From the NCBI GenBank assembly GCA_004431415.1, contig QPMI01000399.1:124001-188000 (forward strand): 64,000 nucleotides of DNA, written 5' to 3'. Position 1 is the stretch's first letter; every line of letters begins with the position of its first letter. This DNA is from Cyanophora paradoxa CCMP329. Taxonomy: Eukaryota; Plantae; Glaucophyta. Positions 10,100-21,786 of this stretch are shown one piece after another. A program made the translations under genes and the position numbers. The notes under the pieces were generated by a model. It made no database searches, had not been told where the DNA came from, and worked only from the letters and a program-made list of their open reading frames with translations.

Positions 10100-12322
10100 T
10101 ATGAGGCATCTCGTGTACATTGTGTAGTTCGGTGTAGTTCGCTGCGTTTGAACTACAACCGATTTTGTAGTTGTAATCTGTTGAGGTTCGGTGTAGTTCG
10201 CTGCTTTTGAAAGGGCGTCACGTTGACAACGAATGACAACGAACTACAGCGAATTACAGCGAATCATTGAATTACATCGAATTACAGAAAGTGCTAAAAC
10301 TGGGGGGGAAACACATTATTTCGAAATTATATTTTACTTGGCTAAATTAGCGACCGGCTGGTCGGCGACTTGGCTAGTTGACTCGAGGGCGAGTGACTTG
10401 GCCGGCTAGCCTAGCTAGTCGACGTCGACGCGAGGTGTCAAGCTTTTGCCTTGCGCCCAGAAGCAGGCCAGAAGGGCGCCTTGCTCGTTGCAGGTCTAGG
10501 TGTGCGGCCGCGGAGCCGCGCTCATGATCAGAGAGAGATCAGAGAGCAGGTCGTTCAGCCCGAAACGGCAGGTCTCCACGAAAGAGCCTCTGCAACGTCG
10601 ACAGCAGCAGGCCCAGGCATGAGCGTCGATTTTCAAGAGAGCGCCTCCTCTGATCACGGCCGCAGTATGCACGGGAGAGTGCGCACGGGGCTCTTCTCGG
10701 GGGCAAGCCTGGTGGCTCTGACCCTTGCCTTGCCCGCGCTAAAAAGGCTCTGAGGAAGACACGTTCGAATCGGCTTTTTGCCGCCGTGTGGCGGGCGTGT
10801 GCTGGTGGTACTTGGCTACAAAAAGCGTGAGATTTGGTCCACGGAAAACGTCCATGAGAAAGATAAGGGACAAGTGTAACCCCTGCTCTGCAAAACCAAT
10901 CGATCTTCGGATGAGTGCCGATAGCTGCGGGACTGCGGCGGCTTGCCTCCGCCGATTTTGCTCCTGCTCCACTCTGATCGATATCTGGCCTGGGGATACC
11001 CGTCCGGGCGCCTTGCTGCCTACTCTGCTGGGGGGGTTACACGTCAGAATTTGACCGATGGGGAGAGTTAAGCAGAAGGCTCGTGGTACCACTGGCGGCA
11101 AAGCTCCTCGAAAACAACTCGTGCCCCGCCGAGAGAAGCCGACAGAGGAGCAGTGCGCAGAGGCAGACGCACTGACTGCTCTGTACTCGTCTCGGCCACT
11201 GTTCGAGAACAAGGAAAACCACTTTGTCGAGGTGCGCGTTCTCGGGGACTGCCGGCCGTCCCCGTTTGGCGTCACTGAAATGACAGGTGCAGTCCTGACA
11301 AATGAATTCGCACACACCGTGTCATCTCTTGCATTAGCACACAACACAACTACAATGAGTTTCACATCGCCCAATAAATCTCTCCGACTAGATACTATCG
11401 AGGACCGTCGTATGCTGTGCTTTAGAAAGTACAAAATGAACGAAAGGTTTGAAGGTTTCGTGTCTGGATATCGAGCTAAAGAGAGTTCTACCTAATACTA
11501 ATGATGTGGAAGCTAGCTGTATCGATTTCTAAACTAACCTAAACGGCTGGCTACGAGGTCCTATCTCTAAAAAAGACTCCCGATCAGGGTACGTCCGCCG
11601 CCAGCGCTGCCCAAGGGCCTCGCCGCGCCGTGTGCCAGGCTCCTCGCCAGCCCCAGTAGATTGGGCTACTGGCCGCCTCCTGCCGTCGCCTCCGTCGCCT
11701 CCAGTTGATGGTGATGCGTCCTCCGGCCCCGCCCCCAGACAGCAAACCCCCCGTGTCTCCCTCTAGCGCGGGCGCGCCCTCTTTGTGCCCACGCCCCAAG
11801 CATACCTGTTCGTATGGTCGTACACTTGCATGGCCGCCGAAGCCCGGACCCAGCCGTAGTCGTCTGGCGGGCAGCTCAGGTGTGAGAGGGCTAGGGTTTC
11901 CCCGCCCTGGTGGCGGGACATGAATTCGCACACACCGAGACAAATGGCTAGGGATATGACTGCAGTGTCCATCTGTGTCAAGTCGAGAGATGGTGGCGCT
12001 AGCGTCGTGCCCCAAGGTAGGCTTTTCGAGCTAGCCGCCTAGCTAGCATATCGAAAAGCCGAGTCTAGCCGCCTGAGCTTTTTATTTCGAAAAGTTTTGC
12101 ATGATCGAAATTAAGTCTTAATAATAAAACTTAGGTTTAATTCGACCTGTCTTGCAATTCGCGATTTCAGGGAATTACATCGAATTACATCGAATCGCAT
12201 TTACAAGGCTGGCGGTGCAACCTTTGTTTTTGGCTGTAGTTCGCTGTGTTTGTTGTAAAACACGTTGTCTTTGATCGCAGCGAACTACACCGAACTACAA
12301 AATGTACAGGAGATGCTTCATA
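10100..12322. mobile_element. Non-autonomous TIR DNA element, family A (~2.2 kb), carrying an H3-tail ORF
   Basis: 47-bp TIRs TATGARGCATCTCSTGTACATTKTGTAGTTCGGTGTAGTTCGCTGCG at 10100-10146 and 12276-12322 (3 mismatches), with subterminal GAACTAC/GAATTAC repeats at both ends. Flanks CCCGGCG/CCCGTCG are only an imperfect match. No transposase seen. Confidence 0.8.
11058..11495 (+). CDS. Protein with a histone H3 N-terminal tail mimic fused to a non-histone sequence (3' part probably read-through into another insertion)
   Basis: [21 protein letters not shown] versus H3 [21 protein letters not shown], with no histone fold after it. There is a possible splice donor at 11287, and a dispersed-repeat terminus begins at 11298. 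Confidence 0.7.
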   Translation: [145 protein letters not shown]

Positions 12323-13336
12323 CCCGTCGCCGGACCCAGCTCTGTCGCGACGACGGAGGGCCTCGCCCCTGAGGACAAGACGCCGATCGTTCCGCCGCAG
12401 CCGCCCGACCCGCCGACCACGCCCACGCCACCCGTGCCCGCCGTACTGCGGCCCAAGGCGTCGGAGGACAGGGCCGACAATGACCCCATCAACCGCAACC
12501 GGAAGTTGCGCGAGATGTTGATGGACATTGCGGAAGACTCGATCACGCTCATCGCTCGTCGCCACCAGGCAGCGGGGAAGTATGAGCACGAGGGCGGAGA
12601 CCGCGTCTTCGCTTCTCGCACGGTCGAGAAGATCATGGTCAGTGTTGGGGGACAGCAGATCCTTCTCTTTCTGTCGCCAGTCGACATGCCTGCACCGTGC
12701 CACACGTGCAGCATCGGCCCCGATGGCTCACCCGTCACCGTGAACCACCGGCTCCGTGCATCAGTGATCAGCATTGCGCACCGCTACTACGAGTACATCG
12801 ACTCGACCACGGGCGACACGATGACAATGACTAACGTCGAGCTTCAGGAGCACTGCCGACTCTGCGCAACGCCGCCGTACATGGAGTTCGTCCGCAACTG
12901 CCCCGTGCCGTCGCCAACCTCACGCCAGCGCACGTGCACGCCGTACCCGAGTACTCTGCGACCTGACGATGCACCGGTGGACATCACGCTCGACGCTCTG
13001 TACGGAGTGACAATGGAAATGAAGACGCTCTTCCTGCGGATCATCAGTTTGTTAATGGATATCACCCCACAGGGAACGACGCCTTTGACGGGGAACGACG
13101 ACTGGCCTCGGGTCGCTGACATCTTCCTTAACGTTGACGTCAGCCCTTTCACCGTCCGCGCCAGCACCCTTCGGCCTGGCGTTCGCGACGCGAGTACTGG
13201 ACCAATAGGCACTCGGCCAATCACTCTCGCCCCGGGAGTTGTCAACACTTCTGGGCGAGATACGTCCCGACTCGCGCGAACGACTGTGAACACGTCGCTC
13301 CCTGTCTGCTTGTCGGCACCGGCGCATCTGGGCTGA
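12323..13336 (+). pseudogene. Inverted coding fragment related to the Helitron ORF
   Basis: Open frame on +. Bases ~12936-13023 (TPYPSTLRPDDAPVDITLDALYGVTMEM) are the near-identical reverse complement of ~13949-14036 in the helicase gene. The annotated ATG lies inside the TIR. Confidence 0.6.
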
Positions 13337-13608
13337 GGAACATGGCTCGCCGGCTCTCTGCAGCTGGAAATGCCGTGCGCTTCCCTGGGTTTCACCCGGG
13401 CCCTTCGTAGGTTCCGGTTCCCAGGCCCCCTTACGCCCTTCCCACCCGCTGTCCGCGGCGCCTATCATAGTATAGATGCCTGGGCGGCGTATGCCTTTGG
13501 CAAGCTAGTGTATTTCGGCCCTGCAGGGAAGTAGGAGTCTGTACCTTCAGTCTACCGAATATACGAGGGATCACCAAAAAAAAAAGTTGACGTCCGACAT
13601 GTATACGT

Positions 13609-13948
13609 ACACCTCGCGTCGACGTCGACTAGCTAGGCTAGCCGGCCAAGTCACTCGCCCTCGAGTCAACTAGCCAAGTCGCCGACCAGCCGGTCGCTAA
13701 TTTAGCCAAATAAAATATAAATTCGAAATAATGTGTTTCCCCCCCGAGTTTTAGCACTTTCTGTAATTCGATGTAATTCGATGATTCGCTGTAATTCGCT
13801 GTAGTTTGCTGTCATTCGCTGTCAACGCGACGCCCTTTCAAAAGCAGCGAACTACACCGAACCTCAACAGATTACAACTACAAAATCGGTTGTAGTTCAA
13901 ACGCAGCGAACTACACCGAACTACAAAATGTACAGGAGATGCTTCATA
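13609..13948 (-). mobile_element. Second, truncated left end of TIR family A (inverted copy of 10100-10438)
   Basis: ~340-bp reverse-complement match to 10100-10438, ending in GAGATGCTTCATA. Confidence 0.9.
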
Positions 13949-16489
13949 TTCATTTCCATTGTCAGTCCGTACAGAGCGTCGAGCGTGATGTCCACCGGTG
14001 CATCGTCAGGTCGCAGAGTACTCGGGTACGGCGTGCTACGGCGTGCGCTGGCGGGTACGGCCTGACGTTCAGGTGCTGGCGCTTCTTGTCGGCCGCCGTC
14101 CTGTGCTTTCGACCCTCCTCCCGAAGCTCTTTGCAGCGCTCCATGTACGTATCCAAGTCTGCAGCGAGCGCGGCGCTGACCTGCGAGATTGGCGCAGACG
14201 TCAGAGCTACAGGCTGGGCGCGTGCGGTTGCGAAAGTGGCACCGTTGCAGTCGTGTCCTCCTCCAACATGTGGACGACCAGGGGTTCGTTCGGAGTGAAG
14301 ACATCGCCGTGGTTGTCGAAGAGCTGCTCCTCGGCTGGATCACTCCACTCGATGCGCGCGACGGTGCTGACTGCTCTGTTCACGAGTCCGGAGTTGGGAT
14401 CGATGTTGTGTCGGAGCATCACTTTGACTCCGCAGCAGATCGTGAGGCGGTGCATGATACCTCCAACTTCGTTACTGCACGCGGCGAGCTCGCCGTTCTC
14501 GATGAGCGTGCCTGCCTCGCACTGTTTGTTGTGCTTGGGGGGAACTGTGTCCGATGCCACGATCGTGATGACGGGGATCGGGGGGAGGAAGTCGCCGTGG
14601 GCGTCAGTCATCGATCGATACGCATCGTAGGTCTTCCCGAGCTCCTCCCTGTTGAAGTGCTCGGCGTCCTTGTTGCGGTAGACGACGTACGTCGCCGTTG
14701 CCCAGCGCGGGTCGCGTTGGTGTCTCTCGCGGTTAGCGATCGCCGTTGCGTCCTGGTCCCACGGACTGCTGTCCATTGTGAGCCATTTGATGCACTCCTC
14801 GATGACGTCGTGATTGCGGGCGTGGCGGAAGTCGTCGAGGATCTTCAGGTACTCTGGGTCCTGTTTTTGCCGGAAGCAGATGTGGAGCTCGTGTGGTGTG
14901 AAGTAGCTCGCGAAACGGTGGAGGAGCCCGGGCACGGGGTACGTGCCGTCGAACTTCACGTCGTCGTTGACGTCGGCGACTTCCTTGGACGTTAACATTG
15001 ACGACATTGGCGTGGCCTTTACGGGTGGAGCTTGCGCCGGGTCGCCTGCAAAGAGGACGCAGAGCCCGCCGAAGGGGTAGTCGGCAGTCCCGTCGACGTT
15101 GCGGGCCGTCGTGTACTCCGGGAGGTTTGGTGCTCGCAGCACGCCCGTAGTTCCGAATGGATGGAACGTCGACATCGAATCAGTGGAGTCTGTCTTGCCT
15201 TTTCGCTTGCGTCCGTCGCGTTTGCCGGCGCCTGTACTGTCGATAGTGGCACCAGTTTCTCCCGGCCGGGGCACGTTCCCGAAGATCATGCGGCAAGCCA
15301 TGTCGGCGGCGTGGAAGAGCGCTGCCGAGCATGTGAAGGCCTCGTCCATGATTAACGCCCACACTCCGCGGTAGCGCTCGCGCTTCTCGAGGATGTTGAG
15401 TGCTGCCGGCGCCCCCGTGCCGTCCTCCCACGCGGCTTTCGAGACCGGCAGCCCGAGTGAGAGCCCGATGCCAGTGTGCACCTTCGTTCCGCCGACGTTG
15501 TAAGCTGCGGCGCCGATCGGAGCGACTTTGATGACTCTGCCGCGCGTGGGGCCATGGAGCAGGGCCTCGGACGTTGCCACGTACTCGGCGTCGATTGCAG
15601 CCGTTACTGTCTTCGCTACGTGCGTTTTGCCTGTGCCTGCTCCGCCGACGAGCGCGATCCGGAAGCCGGCGGGCTGGTATACGTGCCGCAGGATTGGCGG
15701 CATTGCGTCCGCGTGCTGTTTGCTCTTCTCAGTCCCGTTGTTGAGCAGCCCGTCGTAATCCTTGATGTACGTGTTTGCGCGCCGTGCCAGCTGGTCTGCC
15801 TTCAGGCGCAGCGCCGCGTACTTGCGGAGCGCCGTCATGACCATCATTGCACGCGGGACATCCTTCAGCGTTTCCAGAGTTGTCGGCGCGTGTATGATGC
15901 GCGGGACGCTGGCGTCTGCTGGAGACTGTTGGGCAGGATCGATGCTGGGCTTGGCTCCTCTCCGGTGGGCAGCAATCTCGTCCGGCGTCCACGCGTGCAT
16001 TGCTCCACGGACTGCGTGCGGCGTGTCTGCTGTTGCTGCCGCGCTGCCGTCCGATGGGCCGGAGGGTCCCACGCCAGCGGCAGCGGGATTCTGGATGCGC
16101 TTCTCCTGAACGTGCTTGATCATGAAGTCGACTGCCCGCTTCGCCGACTCGTTCGACAGTGTGGAGTTCCGGAGAATCACGTTGTTGTAGTGCAGCATTT
16201 GCTGCTCGATCATCGACGGCGTCAATGGTGTGTTCCGCTCGACGTTGAGGAGGTCGCGCCACTCGTCGTACCATGGTACGTGCATCAGAAGAGCTGCGTA
16301 GTGCGCGACGAGGCTCGTGCGGACGAGGGGCACGGCGACGGCTGCCGGAGTCTTTCGCATGACGCATACGTGCTTGGGGTACTGCATTGCAAACCGCGGA
16401 AGCAGTATTCTGTGGTCGACGTCTCCCGAACTCGTAGCGACGAGTGGAGGGTTGCGCCGCACATGCAAGGCGTCCTCCTTGGTCACCTC
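13949..16489 (-). mobile_element. Core of Helitron-type PIF1 helicase (SF1B)
   Basis: HYAALLMHVPWYDEWRDLL (Helitron pre-helicase motif), VGGAGTGKT, VAPIGAAAYNVGGTKVH, LIMDEAF, FGGLCVLFAGDPAQAPPV, LHICFRQKQD, VMLRHNIDPNSGLVN. A 62-nt GT..CTGAC..CAG intron near 14180-14241 continues the frame into VSAALAADLDTYMERC. Confidence 0.93.
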
Positions 16490-18114
16490 TATCCTCCCGC
16501 ATAATTTCAAAACCTTTCTTAGAACGTAGAACCGTTCTATAGAACGTTCTATGGTTTTTGTTTGTTTTGAACTTTTAGAATGGTTTTGAACGTAGAGCGT
16601 GGAAGCTTAGATCCGTCGTAGAACGCGTAGAACGTTCTACGGTTCTCCGCCGAACGCGCCTACGGCCTGGCGGCGTTCTAGCTCCCTTCGCGCTCGCAAG
16701 CGGCCGCCGGGGCGCCTGCCAACGCTTGCCAACTCTAGCAGTACTGGCTCGCTAGCCACGGGGGCCAGATCCGCAGCTCGCGGCATCTGCGGACGCTAGC
16801 AGCGTGCAGCCGCATCGTTAGCAGCTCGTTTGGCGTCGAGCTCGCCGAGTCGCGCCCGATTCCGTCCCCGCGGAGCGCGGTACTCCCTCGCTCGGCAGCT
16901 GAGCCGCAGCTCCCCGCTGTGAAGGCCCGGGGGTCGCGCGGTGCGTCTTTCCCGTGCTAGGAGGGCTCCTGCTCCGTCTCCTGGCTCACGCGGCGCACAG
17001 GAACGGGTCGGGAGGCTCCACGGCGAGTCGACGGGATGCGCGGCTCGTTGACCGCTGCGCTCGCGCCCCCGAGGCACAGTTTTGACTCCCGCAGTTCGTG
17101 AGCGTGATGCGAGCGATGCGTGTGCAGCTCCAGAGCGTCCGTGGCCGCTTCTGGGCTGATCCGCTCCGAACCCTGCGGCTGACCGGCTGTCCCCTTCCCG
17201 CGCAGCGCTTTCGGACCTGTGGAGCATCGACCTGGTCACGCTGATGCACATGTAGACGAAGCAATCGCAGCTTCAGCGCTTCCGCCGCCGCGTTCGGACC
17301 GATCGGTCCGGTCGAGCCGGCCGAGCCGCGCTTCGGGGCCGGCGGTACGCGTTTGCAGTGCTCACGTTGTGCAATTGCAGCCCCGGTCGCTGGATCTTCC
17401 GCACGCCGCCTCCGATTCGGCGGCGGTGGTGGGTGTGGGGCGTGCGCATGCCCAGCGCGTGGCTTACCAGGCGGGGCGATGGCGTGGCGGATGACAGCGG
17501 GCGAAAGCGATGGCATGTCGTGCTCTATAGCGTTCGTCTCCACCTTTGCGCTGATCCCCTCCAACCCCCGCCGGGTGAGGTGCGCCGCCCATGCAGCTCA
17601 TGGTTCTGCGGCGCGTCCTTGGCTCACATTTATGCAGGCAACTCAAGCGCAGACCGAGCTGGCGCTGGGCGGCACTTCCCGCAGCCGCTGGCTTCGGTCG
17701 CTGGGGGCGGGCCGCGGGCGGACTCTGGCGCCGCGGCCTCTTCTGGCGCCGCGGCCTCTGCTGGCGACGCGTGCGCTCAGCGGCCGAAGGTGCGACGATG
17801 CGGCGAGGGGACGGGGCGCCGCGCCGTCGCCCTCCGAGCTCCGCCCCGGCCCGCTCGACCCGGCCCGCTCGCCGGTCCGGCTCCTCCTGCGGGGCGACGG
17901 CTGCGCCGGCCGTGGCGGCAAGGCGGGGCACTGCGCCGGCGCCCGAGCTCTCAGCTCCGCGCCCCGCCCCGCCTGCCCCTCCCCGCCGGCACGGCCGCCC
18001 GACCCCATCCGCCCGCCGCCACCCCTCCGTCGCTTAGCAGTGCACGTTAAACCTACAGCTACGATTTCGATGTGACAGGTTTTTTTAATTTTCACGTCTA
18101 CATTATCGCCCGTC

Positions 18115-18340
18115 GCCCCCGAGCCCCGCCGTCGCCCGCCGAGCCCCGCCGCCGCCCGCCGATCCTCCGCCGCCGCCCTGCGAGCCCCGCCGCCGCCCGC
18201 CGATCCTCCGCCGCCGCGCGCCGAGCCCCGCCGCCACCCGCCGAGCCTGCACCCCGCCCCGCGAGCGCCGCCGCCGCCAGTGGAGCCTCCGCCCGCCCGC
18301 GAGCGCCGCCGCCGCCCGCCGAGCCTCCGCCCCGTCCGCC
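18115..18340. repeat. GC-rich ~20-bp minisatellite (gagccccgccgccgcccgcc-like)
   Basis: Repeated gagcc/gatcc + cgccgccgcccgcc units. Confidence 0.8.
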
Positions 18341-19799
18341 GAGGCGGACGTGGCCACGGGTAGGGTGGCCGGCTCGGCTGCACGCTCGGCCGCGACTCGG
18401 CAGCGGGGGCAGGTCGGGCTTACCCCATGGCCAGTGGGCCTGGGCGGGCGGGCGGGGCGGCGGGCGAGGCGGCGGGCGGTGCGGCCTGCGCGGACATACC
18501 CGCACACGCGGGCATCTCGGTTTCTGCGTGCGCAGTTAGAGAAGCAGCACGCCGCCAAGCGGGGGAGGCAGGGCAGTACTCGGAGGCATGAGCGCCGCGG
18601 GCAATGAGCAGCCGCGGGCTCGGCGAGCGCCCGCCCGATCTGCGCAACGCGTGAGACGTGCGATCGCGTACTTTTGGCGCAGCAGCCCTGCCCGGCAGGC
18701 GCACCGAAGACGAGAGCCAAGCGAATCAGGACGGGTTGGCGCCAAGGCCGCGGCGGCGGATGCCCCGGAGCTGAGCGTGCGTCGCCTGCATCAGCGCAGA
18801 CACTCCGATGCCCCGCAGGCCCGAAACCCGTGGTCCCGTGCTCGAGAGGCGCACCCGCGAACGCCGCCGATCCAGCGGCCGGGCCAAGTCGGCGCGAAGG
18901 CGGTTGCGGACGCTCTACGGCTTCTTAGCCCTCGCCTGCAGCGCCAGCGTCTTCAGCAAGCCGACTGCGGGCTCGAGAGATGCGTCGTGAGGCACGAGCG
19001 CAGCGGCCAGCGGCGGGCAGCGAGCCGCATGAGCCGCCCGCTCAGCCGCGGGCGTCAGCGAGCACTTCCTGCGCTTCTGAGTGAGCCGCAACACATGCCG
19101 AAAGCCTGCGAGCTCCGAGCAAGGGAGCGACGCACCGCGTGGGTCTGTCGCTGCAGGAGCACCAGCACTCAGCCAAGCTGCACTGCAGCTGCCGAGCGTG
19201 CTCGAAAACACGGATCTCGTCGGCAGCGTCGCGTAGCTAAGTAGTCGCTGGAACGCTGGTAAGGGGGGGGTGGGGGGGGTGGGAGGGGGGGGTAGAGACG
19301 CGGCCAAAATCGGTATTACGTTTTACGTGTCGCTGCAGGTGCCACAATTGGAGCGAATGCTTGTCTTGCTTGTGTTCAAGCATCTAGTATTTGTTTAAGC
19401 ACTTAGCCGTGATTCAAGAGCCTCCTGACGCATTTTCTTGTGGCCGCGGCCGAAATCCAGGGGGGGAGGGGGAGGGGAGGGGGAGAGAGGGCGAATGGGA
19501 GGCGGGGAGTGGGCGGGGTGCACGCTTCGGCGGCGGCGGCGAGGAGCGGGAGCCGCACGGCAGTTATCCATGCCGTGTTTCATTTCTTCAGCTATTTCAA
19601 GTGAGCTAACCAGTGTAATAGCAAGCGATTGCACTGCCGTCCATCATACTGCTTGCCCTAGTGCATATGACCGATTACCAAAGCATGCCCAGCAAGATGT
19701 GTGTGCTAGCTAGCTTCCCAAAGCATACCCAGAAACGTGCTATAATGTTGGGAATTTGCCGGTTCGAGTACAAATGGATCTGGAGAGCGGAGAACAGGA

Positions 19800-21200
19800 A
19801 GGGCGGGGCAGGGCAGGAAATGACAGTGCAAGAAAGAACATGAAGGCTGTCAGTACACGAACATGAACGACGTGGCGTGTTTGAGCTGGGACTTCATCTC
19901 CTCAAACGTTGTGCCCCGTGACCGCTGCTACAAATGTGAGTGCGAGTGCAGGGTGATAGAGAATTGTTGTGCGGACATTGTTGTTAAGAGCCCCTATGTG
20001 CGCCTCTCCAGAGATCCGCTTCTGTCCGTTACGAATGCAAACTTCCAGAGAGCCATAGCCACGGTACTCCTCAATACGCCCGCTGTCCTTCATTTCGCGA
20101 CCGACACTGTCCATCTGCAGGATATTTTAGCAGCTGTGGAGTCTTGCGAGGCAGTCTGCAACTGCAAACCGCAGCCTTCAGGACGGTGTCAATCGTGCCT
20201 GACCCAGGATTTGTGATGCTCAGGAACTCCGTAGCAACGCTGTGCTTGATCTCAAGTTGCCCCACTGGCCCCTTCAGTGTGATGACCTTGACCTGGCATT
20301 TATCTGAGACCTGGAACCCATCACTAGGATTAGAAGCAGAACTGAAAAACGTACAAATAAAACCGCGAGCTTGCCTTCTGGCGCTTGGCCTGCTGGTCTT
20401 GGGCAGATGGCGGCTGGGAAAGGGACCGCTTGGTGCGGGGCCGCTGGGCATGGGCAGGGGACTGAGTGGGAGTAGTCAAGTCGACCGTTTCGACCTGTTT
20501 CGAGAGAGCTTGGCACCGCCAGAGCCAGAAAATTGCAAACTGAGCACGCACTGAGCACACGCCAGCAGAGATGCTCGCAGCCACGGCCTTGCGGAGGGTC
20601 ATCTGCTTCACCCCAGTCATCTGTGAACCGTAGAAGTTCTCGAACTTCTCCGCCGAGATCATCTCCCGCACGGATGAAAACTAATGGAGGGGTGAGGGAT
20701 AATTGTGAAAGGGGGAACACATAGTCGTAGTTTTGCACCCGGAACCGCTCAAAGCAACCGATACAGTACACATCGATGAAGAAGGGAACAGTCTCACAAG
20801 GGCAGCTTCCTCCCGCATTACGGTTCTGCTTGCTGACCTGCACTCTTTCATGCGAGCATTAGCTAGGCATGCCATCCAAAGAGATCGAGAGGAAGCACCG
20901 ATGGCCGATGCATGGTGCTGAACAGTACACGCATCGTTTCAAGTCACGACGATTCTTTGACTATTGGGTTGCAGTGAGATATTTACAGAAATTTTGACGG
21001 AACGGCGAGAAATGTGCCAGGGCGGACCTTCTCCTGGATGAAGCCAATACTGAACTTCAGAGTGGATTGTAGACGCGCTCGAACGTCGAAGGCGTTCACG
21101 GCGACATTGTTATTGCTACTGACGCGAGCCTCGATACGAAGAACATCCGCCAGCCTGCGGGCGCGAGTCAGCGTGATGCCGCGCCACGTCTACATAAAAA
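19800..21200 (-). CDS. Multi-exon cargo gene of element B, Cys-rich (possible zinc finger), unknown function
   Basis: Apparent exons LADVLRIEARVSS..FIQEK / SKNRRDLKRCVYCSAPCIGHR / VSKQNRN..DVYCIGCFERF / ..KGPVGQLEIKHSVATEFL.. / MDSVGREMKDSGRIEEY, separated by ~50-60 nt GT-AG gaps. Confidence 0.45.
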
Positions 21201-21786
21201 CACGAACGGCATCGTATTCGACGTCAGTAATCGACGTTTTCTGGGCTCGAAGTGAGACATACAAGCGAATCGCTATATTAAAACGCAGAAGACAATCAAG
21301 TGAAGTGACGCGGGCGGGAAGTGACGCTCTTTTGGCGCCTCGTTCCTGAGCGCCGCGTGATCCAGGAGACGGAGCAGGAGCCCTCCTAGCACGGGAAAGA
21401 CGCACCGCGCGACCCCCGGGCCTTAGCTGCCGAGCGAGGGAGCACGCCGCTCCGAGGGGACGGAATCGGGCCCCGAGCTCGACGCCAAACGAGCTGCTAA
21501 CGATGCGGCTGCATGCTGCTAGCGTCCGCAGACGCCGCGAGCGAGCTGCGGATGCGGTCGACGTCCCCGTGGCTGGCCTCAGCTACTAGGCTAGCCAGTA
21601 CTAGTGCCGTAGAACGTGCAGGCGTTTTGAAGCATTTCTGCGCTTTTGAAAAGCGTGGAACGCGCGCGGGTTCTCTGGAACCTGTTCTACGTTCTACCCC
21701 GTTCTACGTGTTCTAAGGGGAGTTCTACGTGTTCTATAGAACGGTTCTACGTTCTAAGAAAGGTTTTGAAATTAAGCGGGAGGATA

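Larger units (their letters stand above)
16490..21786. mobile_element. TIR DNA element, family B (5297 bp), with 5-bp TSD ACCTC, inserted in the Helitron ORF
   Basis: 56-bp TIRs TATCCTCCCGCWTAATTTCAAAACC...TAGAAC (16490-16545; 21731-21786, 1 mismatch). TAGAAC/GTTCTA subterminal arrays, and further imperfect inverted homology at ~16750-17005 versus ~21340-21600. TSD at 16485-16489 and 21787-21791. Removal restores WHKALAGGEVTKEDALH. Confidence 0.95.

Noticed and set aside
11058-11495. Calling this a histone H3 gene
   Set aside because: Similarity stops at residue 20. There is no KPHRYRPG or histone fold in the sequence that follows.
10093-12329. CCCGGCG/CCCGTCG as a true TSD joining the minus-strand ORF 12295-12774 to the PIF1 C-terminus
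   Set aside because: The match is imperfect, and the minus frame looks like a shadow of the + strand ORF. It was not accepted as a clean insertion.
19863-20216. Cys-rich + strand ORF as a metal-binding protein
   Set aside because: It overlaps antisense to a more coherent spliced minus-strand gene and has no recognisable motif.
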